Position numbers and translations under genes: made by a program | Assembly (NCBI GenBank): GCA_965200965.1 | Contig: OZ241744.1 | Coordinates: forward strand, 96,001 to 160,000 | Direction: 5' to 3' | Length of the DNA: 64,000 bases | DNA from: an uncultured Candidatus Binatia bacterium | GTDB lineage: Bacteria > Desulfobacterota > Binatia > Bin18 | The notes under the pieces: model-generated | The model's input: only the letters and a program-made list of their open reading frames with translations | The model's database searches: none | Told to the model about the DNA's origin: nothing | Shown here: in pieces, positions 19,715 to 28,109 of the stretch | Position numbering within the stretch: the stretch's first letter is position 1 | Layout of the letters: each line of letters begins with the position of its first letter

Positions 19715-20725
19715 TCAGCCGCAGGCGGTTTCGAGCAGTGCGGCGCACACCTGATAGGGGTCCATGTTGGCCGCGGGACGCCGGTCTTCCAGATACCCGC
19801 GGCCTTCATTGGCGGTGGCCATTGGAATCCGCACCGAGGCCCCACGGTCGCTGATGCCGTAGCGGAACTCATGGATGCTACAGGTTTCGTGCAGGCCGGT
19901 GAGGCGTTCTTCGTTATGCGCCCCATAGACCGTAATATGCTCCGCGTGCCTTTGTTCCAGCGCTTTGCAGGCCGCGGTGACCACCTCGAGGCCGCCGGCC
20001 GCGCGCATGGATTTGGTGCTGAAATTGGTATGCGCGCCGGCACCGTTCCAGTCGCCTTTGACCGGCTTGGGGTGGAGCGTAGCGTTGACGCCGGAATCTT
20101 CGGCAATGCGGTAGAGCAGCCAGCGGGCGATCCATAACTGGTCGGCTATCTCAGGCGCTCCTATGGGGCCGATCTGAAACTCCCACTGCCCGGGCATGAC
20201 CTCGGCATTGATGCCGGAGATGGCCAGCCCGGCTTCCAGACAGGCGTTCATGTGGCTCTCAACAATCTCGCGGCCAAAGACCTCATCGGCCCCGACCCCG
20301 CAGTAAAACGGCCCCTGGGGTGCGGGATAGCCACCCTCCGGCCAGCCGAGGGGTGAGCGCCCGCGGAAAAATGTATACTCCTGCTCAATACCGAACCAGG
20401 GGTCGTGGTCTTGATACTTGTCCTGAATCTCAACGAGGGGCGCGCGGGTGTTGGACTCATGCACCGAGCCGTCCGGCAGCCGGACCTCGTTCATCACCAG
20501 GATGTTCAGACCCCCACGGATGGGGTCAGGAACATAGTACACGGGCTTGAGCAGGCGGTCGCTGTTGTGCCCCTCGGCCTGCATGGTGCTGGAGCCGTCA
20601 AATCCCCACTGCGGAATATCTTCGAGACTGTTGACGGGTTTCTCAAGGATTTTTGTTTTTGAGCGGAGGGTGGCCGTTGGTTTGTTGCCGTCCATCCAGA
20701 TGTATTCGGCCTTGAGTTTCGTCAT
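19715..20725 (-). CDS. glnII: glutamine synthetase type II (eukaryote-like GSII), 336 aa
   Basis: KAEYIWMDG, WGFDGSST, GINAEVMPGQWEFQ, GDWNGAGAHTNFST, LTGLHET, GYLEDRRPAAN; ATG 20725 with GGAAAGGGG RBS. Confidence 0.93.
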   Translation of the reverse strand: MTKLKAEYIWMDGNKPTATLRSKTKILEKPVNSLEDIPQWGFDGSSTMQAEGHNSDRLLKPVYYVPDPIRGGLNILVMNEVRLPDGSVHESNTRAPLVEIQDKYQDHDPWFGIEQEYTFFRGRSPLGWPEGGYPAPQGPFYCGVGADEVFGREIVESHMNACLEAGLAISGINAEVMPGQWEFQIGPIGAPEIADQLWIARWLLYRIAEDSGVNATLHPKPVKGDWNGAGAHTNFSTKSMRAAGGLEVVTAACKALEQRHAEHITVYGAHNEERLTGLHETCSIHEFRYGISDRGASVRIPMATANEGRGYLEDRRPAANMDPYQVCAALLETACG

Positions 20726-21331
20726 GGCGATTCCCCTTTCCTGAAGATGATTTCGCCGGGGCAGGCGGGGAGGGGGCAGTGCCCGGCTGCTCTGTCCCGA
20801 CACCACAGAATTGTAGCCAAGCCGGGGAGAAAGTTCAACGAGGGGGAACGCCCCGGGGCAATCAGGAGGGAGACCGCCCCGGGGCAAATGGCAGGAGCAC
20901 CGATTTTCTCCTGCCACACTGGTGTTCTGACTCACGGCCGGTGACGGTAATTGTTGTGTTCCGGGACGCTTGAAGGGCCAACTGGACAGTTCGCTCAGGG
21001 GCGCGAGCGCGTTCAACTCGCCGGTCGTCAGTTCAAGAACGATGTTGCCGATCTGAATGGAGGTGTTTCCCAGGGTAAACCCACAGGCTGAACGGCTGGC
21101 TGTGTGCCTTCCATACGGTGTCCATAGCGGCTTCCTTTTCAGGTCAAAGGGACAACAGAGAAGAGTGCCCCAGGGGGCGGGGCAGGAACCCCCGGGGCGA
21201 CAGCGGGAAGGAGGGTTTCCCGCTGAAAGGTGTTGTGTGCGGTAGACTGAGAACCAGAAAAGAGCCTGTGAGGACACATTGTTTCACCATCCTTGCCGGC
21301 TCTAGGCTCAGGGCCGTTGACCTTTTTCTTA

Positions 21332-21358
21332 AGTTGAAATTGACTATCAATTTCAACT
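21332..21358. promoter_or_regulatory. Fur-like box just downstream of a minus-strand promoter
   Basis: Perfect 12-3-12 palindrome AGTTGAAATTGA-CTA-TCAATTTCAACT; TTGACG-17-TATTTT on the minus strand just upstream. Confidence 0.8.
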
Positions 21359-21459
21359 AAAAATATGTCAGCTTTCTCGTCCCGTCAAGGGGGAAACGGG
21401 TCTTTTTGCAAAAAACTTTCCGACCCCGGTAATCCTAAAACGAAAAACACCAGTGCCAA

Positions 21460-21795
21460 TCAGCCCGCCAAGGCCGGTGGCAAGAGTTTTTCTCCGCAGC
21501 CCAGCCCGAGCCGCAGCCCACTGAAGGCCACAAACAGATAACTGCCCAACTCGGCCACCGCGGAGCGCACCAAGCGCAGGGCTTCATTTTTTGCTTCCTC
21601 AAGACCGGGAAGGCCCTGTCAAGCAGGTGCAAGGTCTGGCTGATAACCCTGGCCCGATGGTGACGCTGGCCCCGCAGCAGTATGATGGCTTGGCGGCGCT
21701 CGCCTTTTTCCAGATGGGCCAGGGTCTGGACGATAACACCCTTGGACCGCTGTCGCCACCATTGCCGCAGCTTGACCAGGATGACGGCCAGCCTA
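21460..21795 (-). pseudogene. decayed ExbB/MotA/TolQ gene fragment
   Basis: LAVILVKLRQW...LAHLEKGE..QAIILLRGQRH.RARV, then frameshift to EEAKNEALRLVRSAVAELGSYL; no start codon and no TM2/TM3. Confidence 0.5.
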
Positions 21796-21839
21796 CCGGG
21801 CTCTAGGCTTGGGATCTCTGGCCGCTTGAGTTTTCAGTT

Positions 21840-21864
21840 AGTTGAAATTGATTATCAATTTCAT
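21840..21864. promoter_or_regulatory. Fur-like box
   Basis: AGTTGAAATTGATTATCAATTTCAT, nearly identical to the box at 21332. Confidence 0.78.
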
Positions 21865-21932
21865 AAATATCCTGCCCTCTTTTTCCCGGCCTGTCAACCG
21901 TCCCCTTAGAGAAAACGTCTCGGCCGGCCGTT

Positions 21933-22262
21933 TTATGAACGCTCGGCAGTCAGTGACACGCCGCTTTCCAGCACGACCGTATGGATCTCAAGGACATTGC
22001 TGCCGGCAAACATTTCGGCTGGCGGACGCCTGGAGTGTGCCTGGCGAAACGAGGCACTTTTGGTCCAGCGTTCAAAGTCGGCTTGGCTGCGCCAGTAGGT
22101 CTTGACCAGATAGTATTCGCCCTTGATGGGCCGCAGGACCTCGTTGCGGATGAACCCAGGCTCTTGGTCAATCAGACCGGCCCGGTTGCGGAAGCGTTCT
22201 TCAAACTCGGCTTCGTGGCCTTTGGCCACCGGGATGCGATTGGTGACAACAACCATGCTCAT
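21933..22262 (-). CDS. antibiotic-biosynthesis-monooxygenase family, IsdG-like heme-degrading monooxygenase
   Basis: VVTNRI (Asn), FEERFRNR, EPGF, W, FRQAH (His); ACAGGAGG RBS. Confidence 0.8.
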   Translation of the reverse strand: MSMVVVTNRIPVAKGHEAEFEERFRNRAGLIDQEPGFIRNEVLRPIKGEYYLVKTYWRSQADFERWTKSASFRQAHSRRPPAEMFAGSNVLEIHTVVLESGVSLTAERS

Positions 22263-22319
22263 GCGGTGTACCTCCTGTGGGACGTGGTATGTAATGGATA
22301 GAGTATGGGGCCCTGATAC

Positions 22320-22500
22320 CCGGAACGCGGGCCAAGGTAATATCCAGGCTGCCCTGACTGAGAGCGATCATGCGCTCGGCCGGTCTGTCCAGGCTCATAT
22401 GCCGGCCGGCCCCATCCTGGACCGAAACCGGAAAATCCGCGGCCGTGGCCGCTTGCAGAACAAGCCAGCACAGCAGGACGACGCCAAGTCTGCACCAATA
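22320..22500 (-). pseudogene. N-terminal fragment of an iron/heme/B12-type ABC substrate-binding protein
   Basis: Signal-like LGVVLLCWLVLQAATAA, then DFPVSVQDGAGRHMSLDRPAERMIALS; the rest is absent. Confidence 0.5.
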
Positions 22501-22667
22501 TGGCTGTCTTGCCCTTGTATACACTGGAAGATAACAGGGAAAGCGGGACATCTGACACTGGCAGCCCATCCGCCAGCGATGGCAACACCTCTTTGGCGAT
22601 GTCCCGACTTTCCCTTTCTCCCCCGTCCAGACGGGGGAGAGCTGTGAGCGGGCCTCAGTGCCCGAGC

Positions 22668-22859
22668 TCAGACGCCGGATGTGGCTCCGCCAGGGATATC
22701 TCCTGGGTTGGCCGTATCGGTCAGCTTGGCCAAGACCAGAAATTCTTCTCGGGTCATTTTGACGCTCGCCCGTCCGACCACAAGATGAATACAGCCTTCC
22801 GGGCAGTGTGAGATGCCGATCTGCCTGTTGCCCGTGTGCCAAAAACCTGTCCTGTTCAC
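22668..22859 (-). CDS. 63-aa hypothetical microprotein (CPxG-x-x-H-L-x-x-G motif)
   Basis: GAAAGGAGAG RBS plus GTG 22859; similar to the ORF at 26693-26908. Confidence 0.65.
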   Translation of the reverse strand: MNRTGFWHTGNRQIGISHCPEGCIHLVVGRASVKMTREEFLVLAKLTDTANPGDIPGGATSGV

Positions 22860-22936
22860 CCCGCTCTCCTTTCTGAGCACCAGGGCGCGTTTGCGCCTGT
22901 GGCATCGGCTGGGCCGGGATGGACAACGCCCACATG

Positions 22937-24811
22937 TCACAAAGACTCCAAAAAAATGATGAGCGCTTCCCGGTCTTCTCTGGGCATCACGCGCACAGCC
23001 TCACGCGCCCGGGCCGCTTCTCCGCCGTGCCACATGACCGCTTCCATGAGAGTACGCGCCCGGCCGTCGTGCAGGAACAAGGTATGGCCCTGGACCCGCA
23101 GGGTGAGGCCAATGCCCCATAGTGGTGGCGTCCGCCATTCGCGGCCGCTGGCCAGAAAGTCGGGCCGGCCGTCGGCTAGTCCTTCGCCCATGTCGTGGAG
23201 CAGCATGTCGGTATAGGGGTGAATCGTCTGGTGCGATACCTCCGGCACCCCGACTAAGACCCCTGTCCTCAGCGTTGGGGTATGGCAGGCCGCGCAGCCG
23301 GCCGCGGCAAATACCTCTTCGCCTCTGCGCACCTGCGGGTCATCCACCCTGCGCCGGGCCGGGACGGCCAGGGTTTGGACGTAGAACGTTGCCACGTCAA
23401 GGGTTTCCACGTCAATCTCAGGGTCGTCCGCCAAGCCGTCGTCCTGGAGTTGGCCAGTGGCGCTTTCGATCGGCAAGACCGGGTTGGTAATGCCGATGTC
23501 CTGCTGATAGGCGTTGAAGGTCTGCTGGAAGAGACTGGAATTATTGGCCTTCCAGCCAAAGCGGCCCAGCCGGGTTGCCCCCGAGGCAGTGTCCCAGACC
23601 ATATTCGGTCGGCCGGAAATCCCATCTCCATTGGCGTCAAACTCATCGGCCAGGGCCAGGATGGTCGCGCGGTCAAGGGCTTCCAGCAGGCCGCGCCCAA
23701 ACACCGGCAGGGCGGTGCGCGGTGAAGTCAGGACTTGGGCGGGGAGGGGGACAGCGGGGTTCTCAATAGTAAAATGCAGGGTCCGCAGCCGGATGCTTTC
23801 GCCATCGGCAAAAGTCTCAATGCGTTCGGTCTGGGTCATGCGCACATCCGCCTCTGGCAGGACGCCAAAGACGGCCCGATGTTGCAGCTGCGTCCCCATG
23901 CCCGGGACGGGGAGCGGGCCGCGGGTGACGGCATCCGCGCCTGGCACGCTGACCCGCAGAAAAATGGTGTCCAGCCGCTCGCCCTCTCGTGGCGGGCGAC
24001 CCCGGCCGTTTTTCGGATGACAGCTGGCACAGCCAGTATTATTGAAGATCGGCCCCAGGCCGCTGAAGACCGGAGCGGGGGCCGTCACAAAGGTGTCTCC
24101 AAAGGCGGCGTCGCCATCGAGATGTTTCTCCAGACGCGCCCCGACCAAGTTGGGGGCCGGCATTTCAAACGCCTGGCTGGTCGCGTCAAAAATCGTGGTC
24201 TCCCCACCCGCCAGGGCTGTGCTGCGGGCACCGACCGGAAGGCTGGCCGGCGCGGCCAGGATGACCGGGGATTGGGTGCTCAGGCTGTAGCCCAGGCGCA
24301 GATTAGCGCTGCTCGTGCCATGACGAGAGCGCACCTGTGCCCCAGACACCAGGAGTTCATTCCCCTCAATGACGGCGCTCGCCCGGCTGAGGTCGAGCTG
24401 CTCAATGAACTCCGCCCCGCCCGGCTTGACCACCCTGACCGGATGTTCCACGGTGACTGGTTCATCCCCTGCCGCCCTGACCTCCACCCCGATTGTGTGG
24501 ACGCCGGCATTGAGCAGGCCGTAATTGAACAGCAGTCCAAAGGCTGTTTTCAGCGGCGCGCCGGGAATAGCGTCCATCACGTCCTGGCGCGGACTACAGC
24601 ACGCGACAGGGCTGACAGGCTCGCCATTGATACGCAGCCTGACCGTAATGGGCGCGCCGGTATCGGAGAAAGCCCAGCCGGAAATGACGCTCAGCCCTGA
24701 TACGCTACCACCCTGGCCGGGATTCTCCAGGACAGCGGTGATGGTGGCCGGACTGACCGCCGGCCACAGCAGCAACACCCCTGCGATACACGCGCGATAC
24801 CATATTGACAT
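22937..24811 (-). CDS. di-heme oxidoreductase (DHOR/DUF1111) family protein with an extra N-terminal LENP domain
   Basis: Signal peptide; GLGPIFN..CASCH, GRFGWKA, CAACH, WRTPPLWG, LHDGRAR; GAGGAG RBS. Confidence 0.88.
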   Translation of the reverse strand: MSIWYRACIAGVLLLWPAVSPATITAVLENPGQGGSVSGLSVISGWAFSDTGAPITVRLRINGEPVSPVACCSPRQDVMDAIPGAPLKTAFGLLFNYGLLNAGVHTIGVEVRAAGDEPVTVEHPVRVVKPGGAEFIEQLDLSRASAVIEGNELLVSGAQVRSRHGTSSANLRLGYSLSTQSPVILAAPASLPVGARSTALAGGETTIFDATSQAFEMPAPNLVGARLEKHLDGDAAFGDTFVTAPAPVFSGLGPIFNNTGCASCHPKNGRGRPPREGERLDTIFLRVSVPGADAVTRGPLPVPGMGTQLQHRAVFGVLPEADVRMTQTERIETFADGESIRLRTLHFTIENPAVPLPAQVLTSPRTALPVFGRGLLEALDRATILALADEFDANGDGISGRPNMVWDTASGATRLGRFGWKANNSSLFQQTFNAYQQDIGITNPVLPIESATGQLQDDGLADDPEIDVETLDVATFYVQTLAVPARRRVDDPQVRRGEEVFAAAGCAACHTPTLRTGVLVGVPEVSHQTIHPYTDMLLHDMGEGLADGRPDFLASGREWRTPPLWGIGLTLRVQGHTLFLHDGRARTLMEAVMWHGGEAARAREAVRVMPREDREALIIFLESL

Positions 24812-24919
24812 AGCTCTCCTCAATTTCGGCCTGAAGCAGTTTAGCTGGGAGGAGACCTGTCTTGTCGGGGATGGGCCGCTCAGGGCAGTCTCTCCCGCAT
24901 CCAGTCACACAGGGGCCGC

Positions 24920-26557
24920 TCAGTAGGCAAAACTCGCTGCCGAGACAAGCGGCAGAATGTCTTGCAGGGCCGCGTGCAAGGTCTGCCCGGCATCCACCGC
25001 GGCTTGGACACGCGCACGGCCGGCATCGTTCATGATGCTCTGGCCAAAGGGCTCAGGGATGGCGATGACGGCCGCTATGGCCTCACGCAGTGCGGCCCGG
25101 ACCCGCACATCCAGCTCGGGGTTTTGATTGGCGACAAAGTCCGTCACACCCATTGAGGTGCCGTCAGTCTGGTCAAAGCGGCCCTCGTAGATGTTGTTGA
25201 TACTGCGCAGATTGTCGATGAAGTCGCGCCTGGAATTATTGCTGAAGCGGGATTCTTCTTCTGCGGTACTGCGGTCGTTGAGCGGGACAGCCAGCTTGGT
25301 GTTGGCCACCTCGTCGGCAATACCGATCATGCCGTTGACCAGTTCCTGGACCGCGGCTTTTTGACTGGTGTAGTTCGTACTGCCTCTGCCAGCCATAGCC
25401 AACTGACGCACAAAGTTCCCGTCTTCAGGGTCCCAAGCGTTGCGGAGCGCACCGGTGTTGCCAACAAATGCGGTCAGCACCTCCTGCGCATAAGCGCTTC
25501 TGCGGGACTGGGTACCATCGGAGTTGAGCAGGGAGGCCACAATCGCGGTGGGGTCTGTCCTGCCGGCCTGATCCTGGAACAGCAGATATTCCAGGGCGTG
25601 GAAGCCTCTGGTGTCATCCTCAAGAGTCAGGCCAGCAATGTCAGTGTTAGAGGCGATGATGTTTTCCAGGTCGGTCGTATTGAGCGGCCAGGAGTCCAGG
25701 GCGGGGTCATGCTCGTCGGTATCGACCGGCCCGAACAGAAACGCCTCGCTCTGCTCCCAGGGAACGCGGGCCTCCCGCCAGGCGGTCTGGACGGTGGCCA
25801 GACGCGCAATCATGCTGGCCCGGTCTCCGGCCATCACGGCGTTGAGGACGGCTGACTGGAGATCCGCTGCCCGTGTATGCAGTGCGTCATAGGTATCAAA
25901 AATAGCCCCGGCCACATCCTCTAGCAGTTGTGAGGCGTCGTAGGGGGACCGCGCCGGCCCACGAGCATCCTGGGCGAGGGCAATGCCGAAGGCCTGGGCG
26001 GCTGTGCTATAGGCCAGGGTCAGTGTGGTGGTGACTGGGGTGGCCTGGTCTGCTTTGGGGGTGGCCTCGGCTCCGGTAATGACGATCGTGCCGTCATCTT
26101 CGTCTATGGTGACGGTAGCATCTTCGATGGACAGTGAGCCGAGAACCTCGGCATCCGCCGGCCGCACCACCGTGATACCGCTGTCCACCATCACCGGCTC
26201 CTCACCAGCAGCCCTGACCTCGACACCTATGGTGTGGACGCCTGAGGGTAAGACGCCGTAGTTCCACAACAGGCCGAAGCCGCTGTTGGGCGGGGCGGCT
26301 GGATAGGCGTTCTGCACATCCTGACGCGGCCCGCAGCACAGAATCTCGGTCTGGGTGGTTACACCATTGAGGCGCAGCCATACGCTGACCGGGGTATCCG
26401 GGGTATCGCTGAAGGCCCAGCCGGAAAGAGCGGTTATGCCGCTGGCCCTTGTCCCGTTGGCCGGGTTTTCCAGGTTGACCCGGATGGTTGCCAACGCGGG
26501 AAGAACGGTGAAGAGGAGGGAGATACAGAGTGTTCCAAAAACGATTGCCTTTTTCAT
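24920..26557 (-). CDS. imelysin-family iron-regulated protein with an extra N-terminal LENP domain
   Basis: WEQSEAFLFGP, LDSWP, GFHALEYLLF, EESRFSNNS; AAAAGGAGA RBS. Confidence 0.88.
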   Translation of the reverse strand: MKKAIVFGTLCISLLFTVLPALATIRVNLENPANGTRASGITALSGWAFSDTPDTPVSVWLRLNGVTTQTEILCCGPRQDVQNAYPAAPPNSGFGLLWNYGVLPSGVHTIGVEVRAAGEEPVMVDSGITVVRPADAEVLGSLSIEDATVTIDEDDGTIVITGAEATPKADQATPVTTTLTLAYSTAAQAFGIALAQDARGPARSPYDASQLLEDVAGAIFDTYDALHTRAADLQSAVLNAVMAGDRASMIARLATVQTAWREARVPWEQSEAFLFGPVDTDEHDPALDSWPLNTTDLENIIASNTDIAGLTLEDDTRGFHALEYLLFQDQAGRTDPTAIVASLLNSDGTQSRRSAYAQEVLTAFVGNTGALRNAWDPEDGNFVRQLAMAGRGSTNYTSQKAAVQELVNGMIGIADEVANTKLAVPLNDRSTAEEESRFSNNSRRDFIDNLRSINNIYEGRFDQTDGTSMGVTDFVANQNPELDVRVRAALREAIAAVIAIPEPFGQSIMNDAGRARVQAAVDAGQTLHAALQDILPLVSAASFAY

Positions 26558-26692
26558 ACAGTCTCCTTTTGCGACTTGCGCAGTGTTCTCACGCTTTATT
26601 CCAACTCCGCCGGGCGTGGAGGGGGGGGGTCCCGGGCGCAACGGAATACCCAGGACTCGGGGCGGGAGCGGGCGGGATGGATTGAGGCTGGT

Positions 26693-26908
26693 TCAGTGCT
26701 TTGTCTGGCCATGCTCACAGTTCTGGTGTTCAAGCAGATGTTGCTGGGTCGCCATGATGACCTCCGCAAGGTCGAGAAAATCCGTCCTGCGCAAAGAGAT
26801 ACAGGTGTGACCAACGCAGAGGGCCACGCTCCCGTGTGGACAGACCCGGGTAGAAAGCCCACGCTGGTTCATAAAAAGGACCGTGTTATCGTCCTGGATT
26901 TTTTCCAT
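26693..26908 (-). CDS. 71-aa hypothetical microprotein (CPHG..L.VG motif, His-rich tail)
   Basis: GGAGGAGGGAG RBS; similar to 22668-22859. Confidence 0.7.
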   Translation of the reverse strand: MEKIQDDNTVLFMNQRGLSTRVCPHGSVALCVGHTCISLRRTDFLDLAEVIMATQQHLLEHQNCEHGQTKH

Positions 26909-26937
26909 CTCTCCCTCCTCCTTATTAGGGGAACGGC

Positions 26938-26976
26938 AAAAAAAGAGCCCGCGAGAATTGTCTCTCCACGGGCTCT
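26938..26976 (-). terminator. intrinsic terminator (attenuator) in the leader of the imelysin/DHOR operon
   Basis: AGAGCCCGTGGAGA-GACAAT-TCTCGCGGGCTCT followed by a T run, ~30 nt before the first ATG. Confidence 0.8.
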
Positions 26977-26997
26977 GGGTGCAGGACCGCTGGCCTC
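26970..26997 (-). promoter_or_regulatory. repeated leader RNA motif, copy A (GAGGCCAGCGGT-CCTGC-ACCCAGAGCCC)
   Basis: 24/28 identical to 31700-31727; its 3' end is the 5' arm of the terminator. Confidence 0.7.
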
Positions 26998-27093
26998 AAG
27001 TGCTCCGGCTGTGACAGCTGCGGATTATGGTGTCATGTTTGTGTCCTTTCTGACTCCCGGTGATTCCCTGTCGGTTCACGAGGGCAATGCTGA

Positions 27094-27122
27094 TTGAAAT
27101 TGAAAATGATTGTCAAGTTCAT
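27094..27122. promoter_or_regulatory. Fur-like box between the divergent imelysin operon and the bacterioferritin-like gene
   Basis: TTGAAATTGAAAATGATTGTCAAGTTCAT; core TTGAnAATnATTnTCAA. Confidence 0.75.
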
Positions 27123-27161
27123 TTTATTCAATAAAATCAATAACTTAGAGCGAAAATTGAC

Positions 27162-27190
27162 TTGACATTGAGCGCCAGAAGGGTTAGCCT
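27162..27190 (+). promoter_or_regulatory. sigma70-like promoter of the ferritin-like gene
   Basis: TTGACA, 17 nt spacer, TAGCCT. Confidence 0.6.
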
Positions 27191-27235
27191 GGGTACAGAT
27201 AGTTTTTCCACACCCTCCACAGAAAGGAGTTGACA

Positions 27236-27697
27236 ATGGACACACCTACAATGATTGACGCGCTGAACCGGGCCGTGGCTCTTGAGCACACCGCGGTCAT
27301 GCAGTACAAACAACACGCCCTGCTGGTCAGCGGCCTGTGGCGCAAGGAATACGAGGGCTTCTTTGGCGACCAGAGTGAGAGCGCCCTTGGCCATGCCCGG
27401 AAGTTCGGCCAGAAGATCGTTTCACTGGGCGGTATCCCGACGGTTGAGTTGGGCGCGCCGATTCGCCAGTCAACCGACCTCGAAGAGATGCTGAACCAGG
27501 ACCTGGAGTTGGAACGGGCCGCCCTGTACGCATACATGGAGGCCCACAGGCTGGCCGATGATAATCTGCCGCTGCGGGTCATGCTGGAGAACCAGGTTGA
27601 GGCTGAGCAGGAAGATATCGAAGGGCTGGAAATGGCTCTTGGCATGGTACAGACTTCCGGGCTTGAACGCGAAATCAATCTGCGCCGGGTCGGCTGA
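27236..27697 (+). CDS. bacterioferritin-like / ferritin-like four-helix-bundle protein
   Basis: LN.AVALEHTAVMQY..H, HA......I..LGG.P, ML..DLELE; AGAAAGGAG RBS. Confidence 0.8.
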   Translation: MDTPTMIDALNRAVALEHTAVMQYKQHALLVSGLWRKEYEGFFGDQSESALGHARKFGQKIVSLGGIPTVELGAPIRQSTDLEEMLNQDLELERAALYAYMEAHRLADDNLPLRVMLENQVEAEQEDIEGLEMALGMVQTSGLEREINLRRVG

Positions 27698-27715
27698 GCG
27701 CCAGACACACAGACC

Positions 27716-28090
27716 TCACGCCGTCTCAGCGGGTGGTTCAGCATTCCGGAAAGCCCGCTTGGACCGACTCCCGGCCCGGTCTTCGCCGAGTTGATGCTGT
27801 TGTCCTCCCCGCTCGTGCTGCCTGGTCGGAAAGGGGATGACCTTCCCGCTGGGCGCTTGGCGGCCTTCGCGCCAGGCACTTCGGTTCCTGCACACGCTAT
27901 GCAGCAGCGCTGTGGCTTCTGCCGGACTGAGCCGCAGGGTGTGTTGACGGTACCAGCCTACGCCCCTGCCCCAGGACAGGCGGCGCAACTCAAGCGCCGG
28001 TTTCCCCCCATCAGTCGGGCTGAGGAGGATTTCGAGCCGACTGTGCTTGTCATCCGCGGTGACTGTGCTCAGCAGTTGCTTGTGTGACAT
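27716..28090 (-). CDS. hypothetical protein (LELRRLSWGRGVGWYRQ), last gene of the flavinylation operon
   Basis: AAGGAGAGA RBS plus ATG 28090; KVIPFP tail. Confidence 0.65.
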   Translation of the reverse strand: MSHKQLLSTVTADDKHSRLEILLSPTDGGKPALELRRLSWGRGVGWYRQHTLRLSPAEATALLHSVCRNRSAWREGRQAPSGKVIPFPTRQHERGGQQHQLGEDRAGSRSKRAFRNAEPPAETA

Positions 28091-28109
28091 TCTTCTCTCC
28101 TTGCCAGGC

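Noticed and set aside
20726-21277. 184-aa N-terminal extension of glutamine synthetase in the 520-aa ORF call
   Set aside because: GSII homology and a good RBS start at 20725; the upstream frame crosses hairpin-rich non-coding sequence and a probable broken microprotein gene
22612-22642. CTCCCCCGTC/GACGGGGGAG hairpin as a terminator or part of the leader-motif family
   Set aside because: No T tract on the transcribed (minus) strand and no AGAGCC arm; probably a REP-like stabilising hairpin
27040-27093. Possible cobalamin riboswitch (ACAGGGAAT on the minus strand) in the imelysin leader
   Set aside because: Lacks the following GGTG..AA.TCC and the B12 box; too short
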